Assembly: GCA_976226885.1 (NCBI GenBank)
Contig: OZ320322.1
Location: forward strand, 63,736,001-63,800,000
Source: Iphione sp. A-MEVVRFRX5
Lineage: Eukaryota
DNA: 64,000 nt
Direction: 5' to 3'
Made by a program: the position numbers and the translations under genes. Positions 48,695 to 60,870 of the stretch are shown here, piece by piece; positions within the stretch are counted from its first letter, which is position 1; the number at the start of each line of letters is the position of its first letter. Below the pieces are notes generated by a model that worked only from the letters and a program-made list of their open reading frames with translations, ran no database searches and was not told where the DNA came from.

Positions 48695-49232
48695 ACTGTT
48701 CAGGAGAAGATGCCTACTCGTTCCTGGTTAAGACGATAGTTCAGGAGAAGATTCTTTGTTATTCCTTGTGTAGACAATAGTTTATGAGGAGAATCTTAGT
48801 TATTCCTTGTGTAGACGATAGTTTATGAGGAGATTCTTAGTTATTCCTTGTGTAGATGATAGTTTATGAGAAGATTCCTAGTTATTCCTTGTGTAGACAA
48901 TAATTCATGAGAAGATCCTTAGTTATTCCTTTGTAGACGATAGTTCAGGAGAAGATTCCTAGTTATTCTTTGTGTAGACGATAGTTTGGGAGAAGATTTC
49001 TAGTTATAACGATAGTTTGGGAGAAGATTTCTAATTATTCCTTGTGTAAATGGTAGTTTTGGAGAAGAGTCCTGGTTATTTCTTGTGTAGACGATGGTTC
49101 GGGAGAAGATTCTTCGTTATTTCTTGTGTAGACGATAGTTCAGGAGAAGATTCTTAGTTATTCCTTGTGTATAGGATAGTTCGGGAGAAGATTCTTAGTT
49201 ATTCCTTGTGTAGACGACTCCTGGTTATTTCT
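48695..49232. repeat. Diverged ~41-bp minisatellite (GATAGTTCAGGAGAAGATTCTTAGTTATTCCTTGTGTAGAC), ~13 copies
   Basis: Direct reading. Confidence 0.9.
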
Positions 49233-49997
49233 TGCGGGGAGGAGGCTGCCTTTCTTCCTCCGGCTAGTCGTACTGGTCAGTGGTAGGAGGTTCGTCAATA
49301 CAGATCAGCCTTATCTGGCTCGGGTTAGAGGAGGGCTGTGTTAATGGAGTTGAAGCTTTTCTCATTACCGTTAATCCAGCTTCAGATGTTTACAGGACAC
49401 TGTATATAGAAGCCTGTGTGTCAGCCTCCCGGGTTGGTGTTGCGCCCCCCCCCCCCATCCAGGCATGAGCCTCACCTGTTCACCGACTATATCCCCCCAC
49501 TATGCTGCTCCTATCAACACACCTATTCTTCTCGCTGTCCACTCTTATATCCTCCCGCTCTATGCTTCGCCTGCTCAACCCATCTATCCCCAGTCTACCA
49601 CACCTACCCACCTACCTGCCATTTTCCCTTCCACATGCACCACTCTATCCCTCCACCTGGTGAACCGTCTGTTCACACGTGAACTGCATTGTAATTCCTC
49701 TTTCAGCCATCCTACCTGTCCATCAGTCTATCTGCTCGTGTGCCTGCCTGCCTGACATACACGTGTAACCCTGTCAATCTGTCCTCTGTCCCTGATTGCC
49801 CATGCCATCCCTTTCAACCCTTGGGAGTGCTCTCCCCTCTGTAGGTCCTCACTGTCTACCCGTCCTCCAGTTCTGCTTCTGCCATGAGCTCTCTCAAGCC
49901 TCTTTAGTTCTGCCGCCTGGTGGGCACACCTCCCGCCTCACTCGGGAGAGGATTCGGCGCCGCCAGCTAATCCATGGCGGGCAGATTACTCACACCG

Positions 49998-50011
49998 CCA
50001 CCAGGGGGCGC
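49998..50011 (+). promoter_or_regulatory. Canonical CTCF motif
   Basis: cgCCACCAGGGGGCGCgt, exact core consensus in a CpG-rich unique segment. Binding not demonstrated. Confidence 0.5.
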
Positions 50012-50390
50012 GTCCAACATTAAAAGGTCGGGCGACCACCGCGGGTTCAAGGTCGTCACCTCAGGGAAATCATCTATTTGAAGAGAAGTGTTAAATGGCG
50101 GCGGAGGGCGGAGGAGGGCGCGGTCTTTAAAGGAGGCCTACGTGTTTCCTTATCTTCACATGCCCTTGGTCTTTCATGTACCTCCCAGTCAGGCTTCATA
50201 CCCCAACCCTGGCATGAACATGAAGCGGGACACATTTCAACAGACAGTGCAGCATACCTTCTACTGTCAGCCAGGTACTTCCGGTCATGTGACATCGAGC
50301 AGTCCGCGAGGCAGGACCGGGGTCCCTTCTCCCCGGGAACAGAGCCTGAGCAATCCCATACGCTCCCGACTCATCAATTCTAACAAAACG

Positions 50391-50762
50391 CTGAGCATTT
50401 GGTGGTACTCTAGTACTTCTCGTGGAGATGGTAACACTTAGTACTCCTCGTGTAGTTTGTAATACTGGAGTTCTTCTCATGCAGGTGGTAATCCCTCGGT
50501 ACTCCTTGTGGGAGTGACGATAACGCTGTGCTGAGCATTTGGTGGTACTCTAGTACTTCTCGTGGAAGTGGTAATACTGGAGTAGTTCTCATGGGGATGG
50601 TAGTACCTTGGTACTCCTTGTGCGAGTGACGATAACGCTGTGCTGAGCATTTGGTGGTACTCTAGTACTTCTCGTGGAGATGGTAACACTTAGTACTCCT
50701 CGTGTAGGTGGTAATACTGGAGAACTTCTCATGCGGGTGGTAATCCCTTGCTACTCCTTGTG
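50391..50762. repeat. Higher-order repeat of ~28-bp subunits (140- and 112-bp periods)
   Basis: CTGAGCATTTGGTGGTACTC at 50391, 50531 and 50643. Confidence 0.85.
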
Positions 50763-51724
50763 CAAGTGTTTTAAACACAATGGACGTGAAAACGCATCCA
50801 AATAAAGCCCTTTCTTCCCCGATTGTCTGAACGAATGTCCTTCCTACATGTACAATATCCCGTAGTCTTCCCAGACCCACATCCCTAGAAGCAGGGTCAC
50901 TTCGCTCTCTCCTTAATTGTTACCTATAGGGCTTTTAATCTGGTCCCCATACAATAAACGCTCTTATTAAAAACCAGTCTTGACCTCTCTCCCTAAACAC
51001 AATGGCCGAAGCGGGACTCCATGCGAGGTGCGACTGTAGCCTGAGAGAGATGCTCTCCATCTTAACAGCCAAGGGTTAAGTGCGCTGCTCTATCCTGCAT
51101 GCGCGGTAGAAGCATCTAAATGTGGAGAGGTTTTTGTCACTAATCCTCAGTGCCGGAGCCACGTGATTTCTGAGCTTGACCTTTTCGATGTTAACGTTTA
51201 TACGCTGTATCTACATAGAGTCATGCTTAAGCATGACAAGAGCAACATCTTAGGCCTCAAACAGCAATGATGTGTTTCCAGCAGCAAGCTGAAGAAAAGG
51301 GCCAGGAGGTTGATGGCATATTTTTTTTCCATTTGTCTTTTTTTAAATGTTAATTAATACTCCAAGCAACAAATGTACCTGGTAATATATTCTACTGCTC
51401 AGATTTTAATGGAACTTATACCACATGAGAGCTAATGGAGTAAGGTACACTATCATATATCATATATGTCTCTACCTTTATTCATTGCTGAGATATTCAC
51501 AAAACAAGAATGAAAAAATATCCATTAATGCCAAAATGAGGGTCGGTCGGATTATCGGAAACACAAATATTTTAGTTTAGGCCTTACTGAAACATCCAAT
51601 AGTTGGAGACAGAGGAGGGCTACTAAGCGTCAGAGATCATTACAGTCGACTTGACCAACGGCCGGGGGGCAACCAACCTGCAGGAGAGACCGACTTTGGT
51701 CAGGACTAGTAATTTGCCTGTAAG

Positions 51725-52572
51725 CTACTCACTCATGGGGGCGTTCAACCCCTGGGGCTGACCCACCCTACCACAATACTTAGCACCAAACAACCACTAC
51801 TCACTCACGGGGGTGACCAACCCCTGGGGCTGACCCAGTCTACCACAATACTTAGCACCAAACAACCGCTACTCACTCATTGGGGTGACCAACCCCTGGG
51901 GCTGACCCAGTCTACCACAATACTTAGCACCAAACAACCACTACTCACTCACGGGGGCGACCAACTGCTGGAGCTGATCCAGTCTACCACAATACTTAGC
52001 ACCAAACAACCACTACTCACTCACGGGGGCGACCAACCCCTGGGGCTGACCCAGTCTACCACAATACTTAGCACCAAACAACCACTACTCACTCACAGGG
52101 GCGACCAACCCCTGTGCCTGACCCAGTCTACCACAATACTTAGCACCAAACAACCACTACTCACTCACGGGGGCGACCAACCCCTGGGGCTGACCCAGTC
52201 TACCACAATACTTAGCACCAAACAACCACTACTCACTCACGGGGGTGACCAACCCCTGGGGCTGACCCAGTCTACCACAATACTTAGCACCAAACAACCA
52301 CTACTCACTCACGGGGGCGACCAACCCCTGGGGCTGACCCTGGCTACCACAATACTTAGCACCAAACAACCACTACTCACTCACGGGGGTGACCAACTGC
52401 TGGCGCTGACCCACTCTACCACAATACTTAGCACCAAACAACCACTACTCACTCACGGGGGCGACCAACCCCTGTGGCTGACCCAGTCTACCACAATACT
52501 TAGCACCAAACAACCACTACTCACTCACGGGGGTGACCAACTGCTGGGGCTGACCCACTCTACCACAATACT
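51725..52572. repeat. Tandem repeat, 72-bp unit, ~11.8 copies, abutting the transposase relic
   Basis: CTACTCACTC at 51725, 51797 and onward. Confidence 0.95.
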
Positions 52573-53330
52573 TGGAGATCAACCAAGTAGGCCTTGATTA
52601 TGACTTTACTGTTTGAGGAGTGGACCAAGGCCTTCATGAAAAAGATGAGGACACAGAAGAGGAAGGCGGCATTGCTTTTGTATAATGCACCATCTCAGCC
52701 GTACCACATCAGTCTCCCCAATATTAAGTTGGTCTTCCTCCCAGCCAACACCACTCCCTTGCTGCAGCCCCTACGTCAAGGAATCATCCGATGTGTGAAG
52801 AGTAACCCCCACCAGTCACTCCTCAGGTATGTCCTAGATGGACAGCGGCGATGATCCCCAGACCATCACGAGGAGTGTGGATGTCCGCATGGCAGTCACC
52901 TGGATGAAGGCAGCTATGAAATGTGTCCAGCCAGCACAGTCTTCAAGTGTTTCAAGAGACCTGGTGTCAGTGGAGACCCAGGTGATGTTGACCTCAGCCT
53001 CTCCTGGTGTGAGGAGCAGGAGGGGGAGGAGGATCTCTCGTTGGAAGAGCTGCTTGGGAGGACACACGAAGGAGTGAACCTCCCAGGAGCAGCTCTGAGC
53101 AGGGAGGAGTGTGAGGAGCTGACGGGCTGCTGTTCTCATGACCCCAGGGACAAGATCTGCGAGGAGAGTCTCATTGAGGTTGTCAAGGAGAAGGTGAAGC
53201 GGGTGATGAGGATTAAGATGATGATGATCCCAGCTGAGGAAGCCAGCACATTCACCAGCAGGTAATGGACATGATGGACATGCCAGAGTTTACTGCTTCT
53301 CCAACGGTAATGCTCCAGCCCTGAACTCAC
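52573..53330 (+). mobile_element. pogo/Tigger-family DDE_1 transposase, C-terminal half, pseudogenised
   Basis: WRSTK*ALIMTLLFEEWTKAFMKKMRTQKRKAALLLYNAPSQP...LPNIKLVFLPANTTPLLQPLRQGIIRCVK matches the Tigger pattern (KAWMT..F.EW...RK.LLL.DNAPSHP...NIKLVFLPPNTTS.LQP.DQGII). Both catalytic Asp are lost (YNAPSQ, QPLRQG). Frameshifted continuation TVFKCFKRPG and an acidic tail follow. Confidence 0.9.
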
Positions 53331-53569
53331 TCATAAACACCATCGCCATTATTGAGAGGACATTCCCAGTCGATAGAATTCCAGCCAGCCTATTGACCAA
53401 GTCTTTGAGAAGTGAATTACTCTTAATTTATTACATATGTAGGTATGTATCTTTAAGTTATTATGATATTGTTCTTGAATCAATTGTTTCCTATGCATTT
53501 CTATGAATATGTTATTCATGTATGCATTTTATTCATATCTTATTAACTGTCTGCATACGAACCCTGGCA

Positions 53570-53758
53570 GTCTGCTTACGGAGGACATGCCTGCGGTCGG
53601 GTGGTCTGCTCATGGAGGATGTGCCTGTGGGTGGGTGGTCTGCTCACAGAGGATGTGCCTGTGGGACGGTGGTCTGTGCATGGAGGACGTGACTGTGGGT
53701 GGGTGGTCTGCTCACAGAGGACATGCCTGTGGGCAGGTGGTCTGCTTATAGAGGACGT
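53570..53758. repeat. 34-bp tandem repeat (~5.5 copies) that resumes at 54888-54935 after the Penelope-like insertion
   Basis: GTGGTC at 53601, 53635, 53669, 53703 and 53737; the unit continues in phase at 54888. Confidence 0.88.
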
Positions 53759-54887
53759 TTTGGTTTTTTTGAGAGAGAGAGACCTGCTAGTCAGAGCACA
53801 ACTCCCGACAGCAGACCACACTCCTGACAAACCTGGTGTATCGAAAGGCTGCACCACTCGGACATGCCGATACTATCCAAAACTAAACAAGTCAGGAAAA
53901 ATCACCAGTACCTACAGTAAACACAGCTATACGACCAAACAAATGTAAGTTGCAAGAGCTCGAACCTTATATACTGTATGACCTGGACCACATGTGGACT
54001 TCAGTATGTGGGACAAACCAAGAATCGCCTCAAGGCCATTTTGGAAACATCAAGAGAGGCATGAAAAACTCTGCAATCAGTGAACACTTCAATGAGGGTG
54101 ACCACCATCGGATCTCAGACATTGAAATTCACATCCTGGGCTTCATTCATGCACTCCCGGAGAGCGCAAGGGCTGAGCGGCTTCACAATCTGATTGAACA
54201 CAATTGGATCCACCCCCTACACATGGTGGCACCCATCGGACTAAACGTTATGGATACCACCACCTATTCAGTGCGTTTCTGACCTGGGACCCCTACAGAC
54301 CTGGCCACGTTAACAAAAATTGTCTATTCCCCTCTGTAGACTGGCCCCTAACAGACCCACAAAGCACTCCAGGGAGGCCCACCCATGGGCAGGTGGCAGT
54401 AGTAACACAACCCCCGGAGGCACAGACTGAAGGAGGGTATGTGAAATAAAGGGCCCAATGCCCCTATAAGTGGACATTATGTCCACGCAGATCAAAGGAT
54501 GACCACTCATCCGACCAAATTGAGCCCCAGTGGGACCCCCCCAGAGACTCAATGAGGACCTGCTAAGATCACCCTCATACGATGACATTGTGACCTACTG
54601 CCAAACATAAACATTAAAATTAATGGTGCCTGATGAGACCACAAAGTCGAAACTGTAAAATACCATCTTGATACATATGTCAAGATTAAAAATTGTCACC
54701 CTTTAACCAAACTCATGTATTGTTTACTGTGACATCACAATAGACATGGATGCATTATCTTAACAAACCATGGCATTGCTTCTCCTCTCCCTGACAACTG
54801 GGTTCCATCCCAACTGTCTTGACCTCACAGAGACAACCACACGATGACACTGTTGCACCGAAAACGTACACATTTGCCTCATTATAT
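53759..54887 (+). mobile_element. 5'-truncated Penelope-like retroelement: GIY-YIG endonuclease region (~53770-54282) plus 3' pseudo-LTR, flanked by a 16-bp direct repeat
   Basis: Across two frameshifts: RDLLVRAQL...GCTTRTC...NVSCKSSNLIYCMTWTTCGLQYVGQTKNRL...HFGNIK...SAISEHF...H...EHNWIHPL...APIGLN, the PLE linker, LIY/YVG and PxGLN motifs. TGCTTATAGAGGACGT at 53743-53758 and 54888-54903. Confidence 0.9.
54623..54666 (+). ncRNA. Minimal type I hammerhead ribozyme core in the PLE 3' region, probably decayed
   Basis: ATGGTG-c-CTGATGA-GAC-cacaaa-GTC-GAAA-C-t-G-TA-aaa-TACCAT: catalytic boxes at 54630-54636 and 54649-54652, a 3-bp stem II, and a 6-bp stem I (one G.U). Stem III and the cleavage-site junction are imperfect. 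Confidence 0.65.
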
Positions 54888-57800
54888 TGCTTATAGAGGA
54901 CGTGCCTGCAGGCGGGTGGTCTGCTCACCGAGGATGCGAGGAAAGCATTTAAATAGCATCATTTCTTAAAGTCCTGAACATATTATAACATTTTTTTTGT
55001 GCTACAAAAGTGCTACAAAGTTTTTTGTGCTTAAGTGGTACAAAGAAATCGTCTGTAAACATTATCATGACACTGGCCTTGCTATCCTTATAATACATTT
55101 TCTTTTCTGGAAAATATGTCAAGACATCCTGAGCATCTACGGAAGCTCGTTTGAGACATTAATACACCCACATTGCAGTTCTCTATAGACAGAGGTAGCG
55201 AACTGGTACACACATAGATACCTCACGAAATGTACATTAGCTGGCGCGTGTAGAGAAATTAATAATGATGGTATCAATGACATGGTAGTCACCCTTTAAG
55301 ATGCAACATGATAGCTTTGTCCTTCCAACACACACACATACATACATACATACACACATACATACATATATATATAATATATGGCAACGGTAAAGAGCAA
55401 ACCGAGCATCAAGTGTGCGATACTTAGGGCCTCCAGAAACCAGTCGAGTGCCTAGTTTTATTGAGAGCTTACAACCCCCTATTTTACGTTGGCTAATTTG
55501 CACCAGCCAGCCTTGCGCAGCTTTCAGCAGCGCCCCCTGACGGGCCGCGGCCCCGTCACAATGGCGGCAAATGCCAACACGTGGGACGCGGCGAGGCGGC
55601 CTGAAAGCGGCCTGTCATTTTCTGGCCGAGCTTTGCCGATAAAGCACAATGCAAACCCAACATGAAACACGGCGCCCTGAAAAGGGCCGCCGAGTGGCCC
55701 TCGCCGGGCCACATTCTTCTTCATTTAGCGGCGTTTGTTATCGTTCCGAGCGGCGTTGGTCATTGTGTGTTTCAGTGCTGGGCGGCTTTCAGAGGACGAG
55801 ACTGGTTGATGCTGAACCCAGCACTGGCTACATGACGTCCGACAGTAACTGGAAATCCCCCCGTACATGCTGGATCATTGTAAGCATGCCTCCATGTGTA
55901 CACACGGCTGCATGGATAGGTGTGGGAGCATGTGTGTGTGTGTGTGTGTCCGTGCCGGCATGGCTGGTATAGCTGTCCTCGTCATCAGTCCAGTGATGAT
56001 TGAAGTGAAGCACACTGCTATCCTGGTCAGTTGTGTTTCAAAAGTCACTCAACGCAAGATAAGTCCGTCATACGACAGCAGTCAGTCAGGGGAGGTGACG
56101 GTATGTTAGTCCTAGGACAACAGTCGGTCAGGGGAGATAACAGTATGCTAGTCAGTCATCAGTGAACAGTTGGCTGTTGTTGTGCTGAAATGTTAAGTGA
56201 TCAGACTATTGGTTCTGTGGGGCTGGCACTCACAAATACCAAGAATACTCCAGATTAGTCCCGGTTTCCATTAATACAGAGATATATGCAAGCATGCATG
56301 TGCATGTCATGTACGTAACCGCGATTATTGTCCACACACGCTCATACACAGTGGTGTCCTTTGAGGTTGTGTGAGGTTGCATGGAAAAACAGCAAGGAAA
56401 AGTATGAAAATGGATGAATTTGAGGTTTAAAAGGTCTTATTTCATGGAAAATGGCCAAAAAGAGTACAGAAAAATACCAGAAAAAGATTAAGTTATGCAT
56501 GAATGTACATAAACCGTGCTGAAATGTTAAAAAATGTGAAGAAATATAAAAATAATAAAGAGTGTGGCCATGCATGAGTGTGTGCATGCAGAAAATAATC
56601 AGGCATGCGCCGAAAACTAAGCACGCACCCTCTACGCACGGTCACGCACACATGGCTGGTTCTGCATTAATAGAAACCTCTGTGCTGATGTGCCTATATT
56701 TAATAGATACGCACATGGATGGTGACACACACACATGGAAGCTGAGCCTGGAGCCCCGGGAAGGTGACGCGGACAGTCTGCTGCCGCCCTTCTACGTTAG
56801 GCGCTCACCGCGATCAGCTGCAGACTCAACGTCCGACATCCAAACAGACCTCTCACACCGGGTACAACTCAACGCTCGAATGAAAGTTTCCCAAACCGCT
56901 GGACTTGAATCATGGCGGGTTAAGGAGGCAGTCTTGTTTCTGGATATGACGAGGTGTGTGCCGCGAGCCGCCGGTAGGAGCGCTGTGGTCGTGCGGCGGG
57001 CGTCGCTGCGGCCGGGGGGGGGTGAGTGAGTAATTACATTAGACTGAGAGTCTCACGCGTGCATCTTAAGTGAGCGATTAAATCTTGCTCCACCCAACCC
57101 CCTCCTAATTCACTTAATCCACAAGTGAAAACAGCCTTCAGCTCCCATTACGGCGCGCAGGCCGTAAGTTGACTCGAGCGTCTGAAGCTGTTTGCGTCCT
57201 CCCCTCGACCGCAAGGCCCGCCCCGCCACCTGCCGGCCGGACACGAGAAGACGGCTTTCCGTCGCCATTTTGCTGCGTCTGGTCGTGCACCAATGACGCC
57301 CGTGATGTCTGGAGGCGGTTCACACTTGTAAGGTTATGAACATGCGTGGTGTGTTTTCCATGTCGGCGGTGTACGCCACCAGGTTTGGGCGCCGTGTACT
57401 ATTATCTACACTACCTTATCTAAAACGGCCAGAGGAAGTAGGATGGAAAGTAGATCTGTTTATTGCTTCATTCCTACCAGCTTTCTGACGGTAATGTGAT
57501 TTTGGTAAAGAATCTTCTTGTATGTTCCTATGATATTGTGTATGAAAGTATGTTAAAGTAATAGATATTACCAGATACTTGTTGTCAGTAGAGAGCGTAT
57601 TGACCGAAACAATGGAACAGACAACAACCAGTGCAATTGCCAGAGGTGCTTGTATGAAACAAGATTTGTCCGCTGTCAGCGGGTGAGGCTGGTTCCCGGG
57701 AACAGGAAGCGGAAGCGGAAGAAGAAGAAGTAACTTGGGGGGGGGTGAGAAGCTGACTGACAGGCTGGGCACACTGCATGCACAGGCTTCGACAGGAATA

Positions 57801-58035
57801 TGACCAAAGGAAATACTGTCTGTATCGCTGGACACGGCGAGCAACATGAGCCTAGGTTGGCTTCACTCCGTGCCTGACCAGAGCCATGGTTACTATGCAA
57901 CAGGCTCACAGCAACCACCAAGCCACACATATAGACAGACATACACAAGTTAAACTTCACTTAAGATCAACAACGCCAGCCCACGTCAGTTTCACTCCGA
58001 GCCTGACCAAGAGGCATGGTTACCATGTAGACTGG

Positions 58036-58608
58036 AATCAAGACTGAAGAGATGAGGAGAATGCATACTAGTAGAGGTCAGCAAGGTCAAGACTGTAAAG
58101 ATGAGGAGGACCCATACTTTTAGAGGTCAGCAAGGTCAAGACTGAAAAGATGAGGAGGACCCATACTTTTAGAGGTCAGCAAGGTCAAGACTGTAAAGAT
58201 GAGGAGAATGCATACTAGTAGAGGTCAGCAAGGTCAAGACTGTAAAGATGAGGAGGACCCATACTTTTAGAGGTCAGCAAGGTCAAGACTGTAAAGATGA
58301 GGAGAATGCATACTAGTAGAGGTCAGCAAGGTCAAGACTGTAAAGATGAGGAGGACCTACACTGGTAGAGGTCAGCTAGGTCAAGACTGTAAAGATGAGG
58401 AGGATGCATACCAGTAGAGGTCAGCAAGGTCAAGACTAAAGATGAGGAGGACCTATACCGGTAGAGGTCAGCAAGGTCAAGACTGTAAAGATGAGGAGGA
58501 CCTATACCGGTATACCTGAAGAGATGAGGAGGACTCCTTCCGGTAGAGGTTAGCAAGGTCAAGATTGTAGAGATGAGGATGACCCCTTCTGGTAGAGGTC
58601 AGCAAGGC
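58036..58608. repeat. Minisatellite, 49-bp unit, ~11.5 copies, containing AGGTCA-GCA-AGGTCA
   Basis: GTCAGCAAGG at 58077, 58126 and onward. Confidence 0.93.
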
Positions 58609-59549
58609 TGTTTGAGTGAAGTAGGACACAAACCTCTAAGAGGAGAGAATTTAGGAGATCTTTCCACACAGCATGCCCATCATTGGAGGATCAGGACACA
58701 CACACGATGTTGACCATCTGAGGATTGCTGCCTACACACTCAGCTCATCGTGTGCCAGATGTTGGTCTGCGCTGCTCTTCCCTGCCGGCCTCGTCTACAC
58801 GTACTCACCACCCTCCATACTCACCACCCAGCGAGGAACAAGAGGCGTTACTTCCCCATGCACCGAGAATTAAAGAACCAAAATTAGAAACCACCAAGAA
58901 ACTAGACACTTTCCAATAAAGTTTGCGCCTGAACAAGAGGGAATTAACTCTTCGCGCTTAATTAAAATGGCCTTTGGTGCTTCACCAGAAATGTTGCCGC
59001 CCACTTGTGCAATCACCAGTGGGAGGCTGTGCAAGCCCCCCCCCCCGACCCCCGGGCTACCCCGATCACAGGTAGAGCTATTCCCGAGGTAGACATGTCG
59101 CTTCCTGCGACTCACGTCATGAAATCTAGTCCCAGCCGACCGATTTCAGTCATCAGGGGGACCCCCAGGACCACCTACAGGTACTGGAGGTCATTTCTAC
59201 GCTCAGTCATTTTTTGTCAACCATCATTTCTCCTCCCCCCCCGCCCCCAGACTGCACATTCTGCTCGTCTCGGTGGACCCCCCCCCCTTGACAGGCCCTG
59301 CTCACATGTAAATCCATGGACCTGGCTCTGTCTTCCCCTCTCGCCACCCGTCCGCCTGAGCTCGTCCTCCCCCATACTGAGGTTCTAACTCAGGATCAAC
59401 TCATCTGATTATCTCCATGAATTGATCTTGACTCCAGACACCCCAGCGCCATCCAATCTGGCTTACCTAGCACAGCTTTAGTTGGGCTACATTTAGCTCC
59501 TAACATTACTTCTGATAGGGGAAACACCCCAGTATACACCTAACGAATG

Positions 59550-59972
59550 GGTCCTAGGACCAGTGCACACCTGGGGACCTGGTCCCAGGTCCAGCACACA
59601 CCTGGGGACCTGGTCCCAGGACAGTACACACCTAGGTGCGGGTGCTAGGACCAGTACCCATCTAGGGACCTGGTACTAAGACAGTAGACACCTGGGCACT
59701 GGGTCCCAGGACAGTAGACACCTGGGCACTGGGTCCCAGGACAGTGCACACCTGGGCACTGGGTCCCAGGACAGTGCACACCTGGGCACTGGGTCCCAGG
59801 ACAGTGCACGCCTGGTTACCTGGTCCTAGGACAGTAGACACCTGGGCACTGGGTCCCAGGACAGTGCACACCTGGGCACTGGGTCCCAGGACAGTGCACG
59901 CCTGGTTACCTGGTCCTAGGACAGTAGACACCTGGAGATCTGGTACTAGGTCCAGTACACACCTGGGGACTT
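59550..59972. repeat. Minisatellite, 30-bp unit (CTGGGTCCCAGGACAGTGCACACCTGGGCA), ~14 copies
   Basis: 10-aa periodic ORFs. Confidence 0.92.
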
Positions 59973-60183
59973 GGGTGCAAGCCAACATTGCCTTGGTGTT
60001 CATTTTGGTCAATAAGCCCCCACCCCCCAAAAAAAGACAATAGGTGTGTCTCTGGTTATGGCCGGCCCAGAACCTAGGTAGGGAGGGGGAGTTTTTTTAA
60101 GAAAAACATGTTTTCCAGTTTCTCTTCTGGTTTTCAATGATAATAAAGACAATATGAAAAATGTTGTTGCATATATAAAATTA

Positions 60184-60870
60184 GTAGTCAGACTGTAGGA
60201 GGAGTATGTAGACCAGCGTAGAGGGTGGAACGGTAGTCAGACTGTAAGAGGAGTACATAGACCAGTGTAGAGAGAGGAACGGTAGTCAGACCATAGGAGG
60301 AGTACATAGACCAGCGTAGAGAGGGGAACTGTAGTCAGACTGTTATAGGGGTACGTAGACCAGCGTAGAGAGGGGAACGGTAGTCAGACTGTAGACAGAG
60401 TACATAGACCAGCGTAGAGAGAGGAATGGTAGTCAGACTGTAAGAGGAGTACATAGACCACAGTAAAGAGGGGAACGGTAGTCAGACTGTAGACGGAGTA
60501 CATAGACCACAGTAGAGAGGGGAATGGTAGTCAGACTGTAGACGGAGTACGTAGACCACAGTAAAGAGGGGAACGGTAGTCAGACTGTAAGAGGAGTAGG
60601 TAGACCAGTGTAGAGAGGGGAACGGTAGTCAGACTGTAGACAGAGTACGTAGACCACAGTAGAGAGGGGAATGGTAGTCAGACTGTAAGAGGAGTAGGTA
60701 GACCAGCGTAGAGAGGGGAACGGTAGTCAGACTGTAGACGGAGTACGTAGACCACAGTAGAGAGGGGAATGGTAGTCAGACTGTAAGAGGAGTACGTAAA
60801 TCAGAGTAGAGAGGGGAAGGGTAGTAAGACTGTAGGAGGAATACATAGACCAGCGTAGAGAGAGGAACAG
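60184..60870. repeat. Minisatellite, 49-bp unit (GTAGTCAGACTGTAAGAGGAGTACATAGACCAGCGTAGAGAGGGGAACG), ~14 copies
   Basis: GTAGTCAG at 60184, 60233 and 60282. Confidence 0.93.
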
